Shown one piece after another: positions 25,522 through 37,104 of a DNA stretch of 64,000 bases. This stretch comes from Bugula neritina (taxonomy: Eukaryota; Animalia; Bryozoa): assembly GCA_964035545.1 (NCBI GenBank), contig OZ037766.1, positions 26,564,343-26,628,342 on the forward strand, given 5' to 3'. A model generated the notes under the pieces. That model made no database searches. It was not told the DNA's origin and saw only the letters and a list, made by a program, of their open reading frames with translations. A program made the translations under genes and the position numbers. The number at the start of each line of letters is the position of its first letter. Position 1 is the first letter of the stretch.

Positions 25522-27592
25522 GGCTATAAAATATAGGTTAAATAAGGATATCTAGGTATAATGGCATTACAACACAAAGTGTTTCATATTGATTTCTATG
25601 AGTACACGTAACAGTAATAATATTGGTCAGGTGCATAAGGTGTAAATTGCAAATCCAAAGTACATAAATTACTAAAGTGTTGCAAAGATAACATGATCAT
25701 ACTTGACGAAAAATTTTTAGGATACAGTATTTCGATCAGTATTACAGATTAAATGTTTTATAAAGCTAAGAAAAGTTGACTAACCTGATTGATTAAACTA
25801 GAGACAGACAATTCCAAGAGATGAACTTGACTGAAACAGTAATAAGCTGTTAGATAAGGAAGTCAATAAATTGCACTAAAAGTTTTCAAACGTAGAAGAA
25901 AAGCAATGACATCCACCTTCTGAAGTAGAGCAAATAACACTACACAGAGTTATTACGCAACGCTCTTCTCATTGTTTAGTGTTAAGTTAAATTGTTAGTT
26001 AGTAGCTGTTAGTATATAGGTTAGTAATTATAGCATTACTAGCATTGTCATACTGAATATTTATTTTTTGCATATTTTATAAAAGTAAAAAATGAGATTT
26101 GTTTCAATGCTTTTAATTTCTAAGCATGCAGCTGAGCTCAAATGCACACACATATTGCTATATCAAACGAAGATGGTTTTACTGTTAGATTTGTTTTAAT
26201 ACATATTTTTAAGACAAAGATGGTTTATATAACGTTATTAAATAATTTACAACATATTCCAAGATGTTAAAGTTCTAGTAAAACATTAATTCAAACCGTT
26301 TTATATTTCATGATTATGTATTGTAATTGAACAGCATGCTGTAGCTTGATGCAAATGATTATGTAAACTTTTCTCTCTGAATGTTCTAAATGTTGTGATA
26401 TATGCAGATTAGTAAGAACAAGCAAAGCTTATCAATATAACAATATTATGGTTTTAATAAAAGCTAAATGTGCAAATAATATATACATATAACTATATAC
26501 TACTATTTTAGGTTTTAGTACAAGAATTTAGCTGCAATAAAAGCCCAAATTTACCAACATAATTTCCCCAACCTGTGTATTTTATCTCTTAGTTTAATTA
26601 GTAATTTGCCATTTAGTTTGAATGTGCAGACTAACATTAGGTGAGAGTTTCTAAAACATATTACAGTAAAACCTTTCAAAAAGAGCATAAATAATTCATA
26701 TATATTATAATAAACGTGGTCAAAAAAATAAAAACTACATAGATAATTTGGAAAAAAGGGTTATTATAGGAAAATGCATCTGGAAACATAATTTAAAATC
26801 TTTGAGAGTAAAAAAGCTGAACTTCTGTGCAAATTCAGGTAGAAAGACTCATTCGCTACTGAAAAGAAAATTCCTAGCATGAGCTCTGTTGCAAGCAGAG
26901 TAAAAACAGGGTACATATCAGTGCAATGGCTGCATCTGCACCAGCCCACAACTAAAAACTAGTTTATTAATATAAATTGCACAATAACTGTGCCAATAAC
27001 AAACAATGTTCATCAATCAGCAGTTAATTTTCAGCAATTACAAAAAAGTAGTTAATATTTTAATACAGTGTTGTTGTTTATTTATATAATATTGTGTTTA
27101 TGCTAACTATCTATATGACAATACTAATTAGGAAAACTGAATTACTTCTCAACTAGAAACACCCATGAAAATAACATAAAAGGCATAAAGATTGCATATA
27201 TAATTAGTCGTGACAGTTGAACTGACCTTTAAAAATTCAAATTTTCTGAATAAAATTTATAACGTAGACTGTGATATTTTGAAAAAATGTCAGTCTTAAA
27301 ATTAAATACCATATATACTATATTCAACATTATACAACTATCAGCTATCAGTATTTTAATGGTGTCCAAATTACCTATACTAGTTAAAAGTGATGAAATC
27401 AAAATATGACAATATTTTTTTAATTTAACTAAAAATTGTGTTAACAAATTAATGAATATAAATTTTATTTTGCTTCAATGTTATAGGAATGTGAAATTAA
27501 AATATATTGTTGAATATTTTTTAACAATTGAATGTCTTGTTTTAAAAAATGTTTTAAATATATGGAATGCCAGCTGACATACTTTCTTAAAC

Positions 27593-29194
27593 ATGGCCGA
27601 AGCAGCTGGATCTGCTTTACCCAACACATGGGAGGACACACGCGTGTGGGGCTGCGCCCCCGAACAACTTATCTCTAACATTTTCAGAGGCTCTCAAAAA
27701 GTATATTTCACTAAGGCAGGCAGCAGCTCAGAGCATCGGCAGTACTTTGAAGCATTCTTTGCTGGCAGTGCTGACCCAGTAAAGAAATATTTCCGAATTG
27801 AAGTAGGTAACAGTAAACACAGGGAAATCAAGTTTTATGCTGCTAATGGACGCTACTCATCATTGTGCGTGGCTAAATGCTCTATTCAAAGTCCAGACAC
27901 GGACATAATGACGCTAGTTATGATGTACCACAAAAAAGGACAAGCAGTAAATGAGGTTGCAAAAGCAAGACTGACATCAAATGGAGCTGCCGATATAGCG
28001 AATGGAGAAATGCTAAAAGTTGTGAGAAGAGATAACATAATTGTTATTGAAACAGCGCGATATGGCGAAGTGTTGATGCATCTACTCGACATTGAAAAAA
28101 AGGAGCCCAGCAAGTGTGCATTTTTAACACGTTGCATGGGCAAGCAAGATCCAGTTATCATGATTTCTTCTCTTTATTTAGCTTTACATTGCTTTTATTC
28201 AGAAGCAAAAAATGGTCTCTTGTACAGCTTAAATGAGTTGCTATATATTCCTTCAAGTTGTGTTCTTCAGTGCTTGACAGACATAGCGTCGCATGTTTTA
28301 CAGAAAAGACACTGTTTCTTGACAGTAGCAGCTGGAAATGAGCAATGCCTGAACGTCGAGCATGAGCTAATAGTTGGCAATCAACCACATCTTTTTATAC
28401 AGGTTAAAGGAAGAGAACCTAACAGCGGCTTTTTTATCCAGGCTTTTAACAGAAACAATGATGAGGTGTTTCGTCTAGTAGAAGTTTCTAACCGCGACTG
28501 CATACTATATATCAATCAAACTGAAATGATTGGCCAGGTTTCTTTTAGCAGACATCTTACTAGTTACTCAAATCAGAAAGGAGCAGAGGTGATCAGCGGG
28601 CAGAGTAAACAGCACGCCTCACACCCATGCCATGTTACGTTCCGCAGCACACTGTCCATGGCTTTTCTAGCTTCCGCCACAAGCAATCTTATGAATCAGC
28701 TAATAAGAATTCAAAGATTGCACAATTCAAACTTTGAACCCAGTGACTTTGCTGCCATGATCTGTATGACTTTATATCACATTCACTTTGACTCTAATAT
28801 TACCTCGGTAACTGCTGGTTTAGGACCTCCGAGCACTTCTGCAGTAGAACATCCACGGAGATCTTGTCCTGGGAGAACATCCGCCAATCAACATCAAAGC
28901 CAACATCAGAATCTTCCTCCACCTCGATATTCAAGTCATCCCCGACAGTCCCAACAAGCAGCACCATCTGCTCTCCCTAATATGTCCAGTCAACCTACAG
29001 ATTTGCTGAGTTGTTTTCAGGGTAGAGCCTCTACTCAACTTCAGAATCAAAACCAGATCTTAGCACCTTCTTCAGTGTCAGATCTTTCACAGACACAATC
29101 ATCTGATTCTGATTTACAAATAGCTCAGCGCGAACAGTCTCTGTCAGATGCTCTACCTAAGGCTTCCTTAACTGGATATTATCAACAATTTTAA
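27593..29194 (+). CDS. Intronless 533-aa protein; probable scramblase/tubby/LURP-like domain(s) plus Q/S/P-rich tail
   Basis: Long non-repetitive ORF in an AT-rich region with a good start context (AAACATGG). Segments FFIQAFNRNNDEVFRL, EMIGQV, YSNQKGAEVI and DFAAMICMTLYHIHFD resemble phospholipid scramblase motifs by eye. The fold call is inference. Confidence 0.75.
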   Translation: MAEAAGSALPNTWEDTRVWGCAPEQLISNIFRGSQKVYFTKAGSSSEHRQYFEAFFAGSADPVKKYFRIEVGNSKHREIKFYAANGRYSSLCVAKCSIQSPDTDIMTLVMMYHKKGQAVNEVAKARLTSNGAADIANGEMLKVVRRDNIIVIETARYGEVLMHLLDIEKKEPSKCAFLTRCMGKQDPVIMISSLYLALHCFYSEAKNGLLYSLNELLYIPSSCVLQCLTDIASHVLQKRHCFLTVAAGNEQCLNVEHELIVGNQPHLFIQVKGREPNSGFFIQAFNRNNDEVFRLVEVSNRDCILYINQTEMIGQVSFSRHLTSYSNQKGAEVISGQSKQHASHPCHVTFRSTLSMAFLASATSNLMNQLIRIQRLHNSNFEPSDFAAMICMTLYHIHFDSNITSVTAGLGPPSTSAVEHPRRSCPGRTSANQHQSQHQNLPPPRYSSHPRQSQQAAPSALPNMSSQPTDLLSCFQGRASTQLQNQNQILAPSSVSDLSQTQSSDSDLQIAQREQSLSDALPKASLTGYYQQF

Positions 29195-30244
29195 AACAAA
29201 AACAAAATTATTTTGTTGTAATTTATATTTGAATTCAGTTGTACTCTCCTAAAAAGATCCTAAGCTCTTATAGTAAATTTAATAAATAATGCAAGCTATA
29301 AAATCAAGCTATATATGAATTCTAATAAAATAGACAATTAACTATAATATATTATAGTATACAAGGCAAATTATTGGAAAAGAGTTTTAATCGTCATTTT
29401 TAATACTTGAAAATTCGGCTTAAGTATTTATTCGAAAGACCTTTTTAAACTATTTCATTATTACTTTGATATTATATATTTGTTAAGTCAGCAGGTTTTC
29501 TGAATTTCTTTCCGCCATGCTTGTATAATTCTATAAACCAAACATGTCATATTACTTTTTTCATTCAGATTTAAAATATAACCTAGTTGGAATAAATAAT
29601 AAGAGGCTACAATACTTTGAATGATTTGTAATGGAAATAATTTTTCTTTATATAATTACCTTATAGAAATTGAAACATTTTAACATGATTCACATAAAGA
29701 CATTATATTTAGTGCATGTATGCAACAGAAATTTATTAGAACTAAAATTTTGACCAAATCTTGGATAGGTGCAATACTTAGTGTGTTCTTGTTTTTAGTA
29801 ACATTTAATTCAAAAACGAAGAGTAGATAATTAAACTCATAATAACATTATATTGCATAAATTTGAAAAACTCAATGTACAATTAATTTGTGTTACATGT
29901 ATTGTGTGTGTGTTGTGTGTGTTGCATGTTTGTGGTGCGTGCGTTTTATATTAGATATCAGATGTCACTTACAAATAAAGCGCTGGAAAGTATTAAACTA
30001 CCAAAGACTATAACTTCTTCAAATAATATATTATTATAGTTTATGCTTATATTGTGAGTCTGAGTGTTTAATGTAAAACAACACATTTAGCTTTTTGCAG
30101 ATACACCAGTTGCTTTATTGTTCAAAAAACAGGCAATAAACTTTCCATAAATTTGTGCAGAAGGTTATAATCTGTAGAAATGCATGAAGTTTAAACTATT
30201 TTCAACTGTTGATAGTGAAGACAGTTTCCTGGTCAGAAGTTGCT

Positions 30245-31106
30245 TTAGCGTATATTGTGGCATCTGCAGCGTGTACTAGTGGCATCGTACCCAAAACTTG
30301 TGTAACCTTTATTTTCACAAATTTTACTGCATCTGTATACTGCGAGGAAAAGCTCATATGTAGCTGTCACGGAACCTTTTAAAAAGTTAAACGAGCATTT
30401 AATAACATCAACATAATATATTTTAGTATTTTTAGCACATTGTAGGCAATATGCTGGTAGAAATAACCATCATGCTTAAGAACGTAGCAGGTGAAACTTC
30501 CATTAACCTGAAAAACTATCACTATGCATCTCTGAGATGGTGCCCGGTAAAAATGTCACAGGTAAAAATGGAGCTGGCAATAATGGCACAAATAGAAAAG
30601 TATAGGAAAAAGTGGCACATTTTTAATATTAGGGTTTTGGGGTTTGGGAAAGTTTAATATCAGTGTGCAGTTTTTTAAACCTACTTTGCCATTTGTGTCA
30701 TTATTACCTGTGCAATTTTTACCTGCGCCAAATTTATGTGTGCTAATTTTACCTGTGCCCTTTTAAACATGCCATTTTTATCTAAAGTCCATAAAAACAC
30801 AGCAGGTAAAGTTTCCATGGACTTTGTAAACTATCACTACATCGCCAAGACTTATCTTTCATTCAATGCATAGAGTCAGTGTCAATGGATGAAACTACAG
30901 CTACAGGATAAAGCAAACTTTATCCATTGAATTGTGGGAATGTAGTGATTTTGTTCATTAGTAAATATACAGAGATTTTGACGTACATCAATATAAAACT
31001 AATCTTCATTGTTGATGGAATATACAACAGTTATAATATGGTACTTACATGTTGAAATAATGGTGATAAGTACAGCCAGTAACAAAGCAAAACACCTCAT
31101 TTTCAT
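30245..31106 (-). CDS. Secreted 4-Cys defensin-like (CS-alpha-beta) peptide precursor 1, 62 aa
   Basis: Exons 31049-31106 and 30245-30375, phase-1 GT-AG intron. MKMRCFALLLAVLITIISTCSVTA-TYELFLAVYRCSKICENKGYTSFGYDATSTRCRCHNIR*. AATAAA on the minus strand at 30114-30119. Confidence 0.85.
30539..30790. mobile_element. Palindromic interspersed element (HINE/MITE-like) in the intron of peptide gene 1
   Basis: Repeated CAGGTAAAAATGGCA motifs on the left are mirrored by TGCCATTTTTACCTG motifs on the right, around a GGGTTT-rich core. The same family occurs at about 31815-32075, 35201-35431, 36466-36722 and 40834-41033. The class assignment is inference. Confidence 0.6.
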
Positions 31107-31459
31107 TTTTTAGTCTACAGACATATTATTTGTGAAAGTTTGTTAAAATGCAATAAATATATACAGAAAGAAGTTCATAACATGTTTGCGAATTATATAG
31201 CATAAACACACCTTTCAATTTTAATAGAAACACATGTTTTGTAAAAAGCTATGCCACTATAAGTTAGACATAATATTAAGAACTATATGAATGAATCCTT
31301 AACCTGGCAAATGTTTTAATAAATCAAACATATGTAGCAATGTCAGCCAGGGGGTAAAAATAGATAATTTAGTTTTTTACCTGAAGCTTACAATAAACAG
31401 AAATCTTGTATACAGTTATAGTAGTGAAGAAACACCTATAATGTAGTGCAAAAAGAGCA

Positions 31460-31517
31460 TCTATAATTATATATTATTTTTGATTTAGATTATTACACGT
31501 GGCATTCAAATGATTGG
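31460..31517 (-). promoter_or_regulatory. Putative core promoter of peptide gene 1 (CCAAT, CCACGTG, TATA-like)
   Basis: Minus strand reads CCAAT-N10-CCACGTG, then TATATAATTATAG. The CCAAT/CCACGTG pair is conserved in unit 2 (36143-36165) and unit 3 (40517-40539), upstream of a conserved 5'-UTR donor AAGCTTCAG|GT. Confidence 0.5.
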
Positions 31518-32799
31518 TTAACAGGTTGACCCATGCAGCTTCTACAGCTACTATTATGGTTTGATCCAGAACTTTCCGGTCTGTTTGCATTCTATTTTAA
31601 ATTTCTACAAAATACAAAACTTATACAACATATTTAGCTCCGCATTCTAGAACATTTGGTAATTTACCTCAAAGGTCATTTCACCTATAACAAGTTATAA
31701 TTTCTTTGATAGAAGTTTATTCATTCTTTTAAACAAAAGAAACTGTTGAAATAAAAGAGATAACAAGTTTTTTTTAACTTTGTTCATTTTAGTTTAAAGA
31801 TTTTTTTAATGACTGGTGCCTGGTAAAAATAGTACTGGCAATAATGGTACAAATGAAAAAGTAGGTAAAAATAGCAAATTTTTCCCTTATTGGGGTTTAG
31901 TTTTGAGGGTTTAGATTTGAGTGTAAAAATTTGGGGTTTGGGCAAACTTAGTATGTATCAATGAGCCTATTTTTACATACTTTTCCATTTGTGCCATTGT
32001 AACCTGTGTCATTATTACCTGTGTAATTTTTATCTGCACGATTTTTACCTGTGCGATTTTTTATACCTAAAATCAGAAAATGCTATAACTTCTCTCTCAA
32101 TATACAGGGTTAGTAAAATCCCCAGCTTAGTGTACCAGTCTGCGTCTTTCTGTAATTTAAGATCTGACCTACTTTCTATTACATAATCATTATTTCTGTG
32201 TTCCCATGTAGCAGCTGAATGCTTGCAAGTATGGATTTGCTGTTGCGGTTTTTATTAACCGCGCATCAAATGAAGAACTCATGCTACGAATAGGTACGGA
32301 GTAAATTTCAAATCCCTTTTTGCTTATATATAATACATCCTTATTTGCAATATATATACTATACTCTCTTTTACTACATCCTACGGGCATTAGATCTGTT
32401 TTCTATAAATATTAGTAGCCAATTGATTGCTGATATCTGCCTTTGTCACAAAAGATTTCATTTTTGCATAATATAGATACAATTTTCCGTTGGAGGAACC
32501 GTTGAATGGATTTGCAATTGCCGTTTTCCTTCAATTAATACAGCTTTTGTTACTTGGCTATAAATATCTTTTAATTGCCCATGCCCTGTACATTTTGTTA
32601 AACAGTGACTTTTTAACCCCTCACACCTGCCTTTAAAACCTTTATAAAATCATCATTATTAGAATGTTGCTATCTAAAAACTGTAAATCAATGACAGTTG
32701 GTATAATAAAACGATATTAATGTCAACAGCTATTTAATAAAGTCTATGCATATGTCAATAAATAGAATCTGGTTGACACTGAAACAGCTGTTTTTCACA

Positions 32800-32802
<3 letters not shown>

Positions 32803-32854
<52 letters not shown>

Positions 32855-32871
32855 TATATATATATATATAT

Positions 32872-32912
<41 letters not shown>
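32803..32912. repeat. (TA)n microsatellite at the end of unit 1
   Basis: Seen directly. Confidence 0.97.
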
Positions 32913-32915
<3 letters not shown>

Positions 32916-33581
32916 CATAGTTGCGTTTATACTTCTACTGAAAAAAGTTCCGATTTTCAGTTAATAATACTTGTCCGGGTACCCCTTTGTAGTCAAACTG
33001 AAAATTGTTGAAATCATATTGATGCGAAAGCTTACTTTCTAAAAATTAAATTTGACTTGCCTAATCGCTTATATTTGATATTTGATATTTGCTATTTGAT
33101 GCCCTTTGTAAACCTCGTGAATTAGTGAAGCTTATAGCATAAAAAGGATAACTGAGAAGGCGTAGACGATATAATTATTGACATATATAAGTACATCATT
33201 TAATCGCCAAAGTCATTACTAAATAACGTTGTTTACAAGGAGTTATTACTCCTTAGGAGTATTATCCTGAAATCAGCCGTTTAAGTTATCACAATACAAA
33301 AAAATTTTTCGAGTGGCTTTTACAATACAATGCAACTCAAAAATGAATTTCACCTCGGTCAAATTGAATTCCTGACTGAAAATAGTGAAGGTATAAACAC
33401 AACTAAGGATTCAGTATTTTGTCTTTATATAATCACCTTATAGAAATTGAGACATCCCTTTAACATGATTCACATAAAAACTGTATCTATTTGGTGCATG
33501 TACAATAGAAAAATATTAAAACTAAATTTTTTCAAAATCTTATATAGGTGAAATATTTATAGAGTGTTCTTGTTTTTAGTA

Positions 33582-34526
33582 GGGGAAACCTGGGTGATAT
33601 GGGCCACTTAAGCCCACAGCCCAGGCTGACTATGGTTGATTGAAAATTAGTATTTCATCATGTGGGTGCTATCTCTACTGACACACAAACAGAGTTTGAA
33701 GCTCCTATACAGGTGCTTGACTGAGCTATAATTGAAAATTGGTGGACCATATCACCCGGGGATTTTTTGAAATTTCGGGTGATATGGGCCACCACAGACT
33801 CCGTCACATAAAGTCAGCTTTTTTGTGTTGAAAATGCATTTTGCTATATTAAAAAGTAACATAAAACAATATATTTAAAATAAGTGTGTAACAGCTTCTT
33901 TTAATGCCTCCTAACTCCAAGCATTTCAAATATTTTTGAAAAAATATCTTGGCTTCTAAAATACATTGCATGAGTATGAATATTTCAAGCACACATTCTA
34001 CGGCAACTGGCTATATTGTTGTCTAATCAATATTTAGAAGTTTAATGCTTCATCATTTTTTGAAACACTTGAGAAATAGTATTATTTTTCTTCAAACAAG
34101 TATATGAACAGAAAAATTCACGGTCCATATCACCCCTCAAGTGGCGGTCCATATCACCCAAAAATCATGTCACCAAAAATTTTGAATTCCTACAGGCAGA
34201 GAGTGGACAAGTATTATATATACTATTTGGGTATTTATACATACCTTCCACACATTATCTTTAGATACAGGCCCCTTACTTCAGGTAATTTTTTTCAATG
34301 AAAATATATCCACAAAATTTGTGAAAAGTTATAAGAAAATGAGCAAAAAGAGAAAATGTGTCTTTATTTTCTAAGACAAAGAGACAAGTCTAAAATATGT
34401 AGACAGGAAGTTAGATATTCCTAATTCTAAGCAATGAGACACTTTCCAACTTTCTAGTAACCTTGGATACTGCAAAACATGCATGGTCCATATCACCCGG
34501 GTGGTTCATATCACCCAGGTTTCCCC
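33582..34526. mobile_element. 945-bp non-autonomous DNA transposon with TA target-site duplication
   Basis: TIRs GGGGAAACCTGGGTGATATGGGCCAC and GTGGTTCATATCACCCAGGTTTCCCC match at 24/26, with TA on both sides. The empty site TTTTTAGTAACATTT is present in unit 1 (about 29792). Internal copies of CCATATCACCC. Confidence 0.92.
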
Positions 34527-34855
34527 TAACATTTATTTTATAAACGAAGAGTGTGTGCGTGTGTGTGCGTGTGTGTGCGTGTGCGTGCGTGTGCGTGTGT
34601 GTGTTTTGCAAAAGTGTTTTATATTATATATCAGGTGTAGCTATTACAAATAAAGTGCTGGAAAGTATTAAATTACCAGAGACTATAACATCTTCAAATA
34701 TATTATAGTTTATGCTTATATTGTACGTCTGTGTTTTTAATGTAAAAGAACACATTTAGTTTTTTACAGATACACCAGTTGCTTTATTGTTCAGGAAACA
34801 GGCAATAAAATTTCCATAAAGTTATACAAAAAGTTGTAATCCGTGGAAATAAAAT

Positions 34856-35749
34856 TTAAACTATTTGCAACTGTTGGTAGTGAAGACAGTTTCCCGACCA
34901 AAAGTTGTTTAAGTGTTTATTGACGCACGCGCAACGCCCAGTATTGGTAACGTATCCATAATTTGAGTAACCTTTCCTTTTACAAACTTCACTGCATTGG
35001 TAACTTGCGTGGAGAACTTTATATCTAGCTGTCACCGAACCTTTTAAAAATTTAAATGAGCGTTTAACAACATCAACATAATATATTTCAGTATTAGATG
35101 CACATTGTAGGCAATATGTTGGTAGAAATAGCTATCATGCCTAAGACCATATCAGATGAAACTTCTATTAACCTCATAAACTATCACTACATCTCTGAGA
35201 TGGTGTTCGGTAAAACAGCACAGGTAAAAATGGCAGAAATAGAAAAGTAGGAGAAAATGGCACATTTTCAATATTAAGGTTTGGGGGTTTGAAATGAGAG
35301 AGGGGGTTTAGGTTTTGGGTGGGACGAGGGTTTGGGTTTGGGGGTTGGGAAAGTTTAACTTCAGTGTAGCTTTCGTATACCTACTTTGTCATTTGTGCCT
35401 TTATTACCTGTGCCATTTTTACCTGAAATCCCTAAAAACATAGCAGGTGAAGCTTCCATTGACTTCATAAACTATCACTACATCTCCGAGACTTATCTTT
35501 CATTCAATGCATATATAGGGTCAGTGTCAATGGATGAAAGTGCAGCTACAGGTTAAAGCAAACTTTATCCATTGAATAATGGGACCCAGTGATTTTGTTC
35601 ATGGGTAAGTACTTCGAGATTTTGAAGTACATCAATATAAAACTAGTTTTCATTAAGTTGATAGAAAATACAACAGTTATATGGTACTTACATGTTGAAA
35701 TAATGGTAATGAGTACAGCCAGTACCAAAGCAAAACACCTCATTTTCAT
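34856..35749 (-). CDS. Secreted defensin-like peptide precursor 2, 80 aa (stop-loss, 18-aa extension)
   Basis: Exons 35692-35749 and 34856-35040. MKMRCFALVLAVLITIISTCSVTA-RYKVLHASYQCSEVCKRKGYSNYGYVTNTGRCACVNKH-LNNFWSGNCLHYQQLQIV*. TTA at 34910-34912 stands where the paralogs have TAA. Confidence 0.82.
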
Positions 35750-36761
35750 TTTTTGGTTCTCAAACAAATTATTTGTGAAAGTTTGCTGAAATATAATAAA
35801 CATATACAGAAAGAAGTTCATAATAAACTGTTTTCGAATCATACATAAGCTGTACATCTGCCAATTTTAATGGAAACACACGTTTTGTGAAATGTTATAC
35901 AGCCAAGTTAAACCTATTAGAAACTATATAAATAAATCTATAACCTTGCAGATGTTTTAATAAATCGAACATATATAACAATGTCAGCCAGGGGGTAAAA
36001 ATAGATAATTTAGTTTCTCACCTGAAGCTTACAATAAACAGAAATCTTGTAGGCCCTATGCAGTTATAGTAGTTAAGAAACACCTATAATGTAGTGCAAA
36101 AAGAGCATCTATAATTATATATCATTTTTGATTTAGATTATTACACGTGGCATTCAAATGATTGGTTAACAGGTTGACCCATGCAGCCTCTACAGCTACT
36201 ATTTTAGTTTGATCCGAACTTTCCGGTCTGTTTGCATTCTATTTTAAATTTCTACAAAATACAAAATTTATAACAAATTTAGCTTCGCATTCTAGAACAT
36301 TTGTTGATTTACCTCAAAGGTGACGCGGTCATTTCACCCATAACAAGTTATAATTTCTTTTACAGAAGTTTATTTATTCTTTTAAGCAAAAGAAACTGTT
36401 GAAATAAAAGAGGTAACAAGTTTTTTTAACTTTATTCACTTCAGTTTAAAGAAACTGTTAATGACTGGTGCCTGGTAAAAATAGCACAGGCAATAATGGT
36501 ACAAATGAAAAAGTAGGTGAAATTGGCAAATTTATCCCTTATTGGGGTTCGGTTTTGAGGGTTTAGTTTTGAGGGAGGGTTTGGGCAAACTTAACATCAG
36601 TGTGCCATTTTTACCTGTGCCATTTTTACCTACTTTTCCATTTGTGCTATTATTACCTGTGTCATTTTCACTGTGCCATTTTACTTGTGCTGTTTTTACT
36701 TGGGCTGTTTTTATCTAAATTTGTGAAATTGCTATAACTTCCATCTCAATATACAGGGTTA

Positions 36762-37104
36762 GCCTAGGGCCACACTGTGCGTATTTTCGCATGCGAAAAT
36801 TAAAATCACAAGTAGCAAAGGTGTCCACTGTAGCGTCAGTGATGCGTGATAAATAAAGCTTTCATTTTTAAATCGCACTCGCTTTCAATAAAACGCAATT
36901 TGCTGGAATATAGCACCAAATAAAGAAATTGGGCTCGCTGAATAACTACCAGCCAATTAGGTGACGACGACAGAGACGATTCGCACTTGCGTTGAAAATG
37001 CAGAACGACAAGTGCAAACGTTTTCTCAACGCGCACAGTGGACACCTTTGCTAGTTGTGATTTCAATTTTCGCATGCGAAAATACGCACCGTGTGGCCCT
37101 AGGC
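36762..37104. mobile_element. PIF/Harbinger-type MITE, 343 bp, TTA TSD
   Basis: Near-perfect TIRs of about 70 bp starting GCCTAGGGCCACAC, with TTA on both sides. The empty site CAGGGTTAGTAAA is present in unit 1 (about 32105) and unit 3 (about 41068). Confidence 0.93.

Larger units (their letters stand above)
29648..32805. repeat. Tandem segmental duplication, unit 1 (carries peptide gene 1)
   Basis: Collinear homology with 33426-37787 and 38779-41885 throughout; ends at CACAGAA(TA)n. Boundaries approximate. Confidence 0.92.

Noticed and set aside
31568-31578. NF-kB site upstream of the peptide genes (AGAACTTTCC)
   Set aside because: Lacks the GGG half-site and is altered in unit 3; too weak to call.
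35275-35352. Interstitial telomere (GGGTTT/GGTTAG-like runs)
   Set aside because: Irregular, and always the core of the palindromic interspersed element rather than a true TTAGGG array.
35546-35857. ORF-track proteins of 103 aa (here) and 64 aa (40012-40206)
   Set aside because: Only MKMRC...IIST is real. The frames run through the GTAAGT donor into intron and are not conserved between units.
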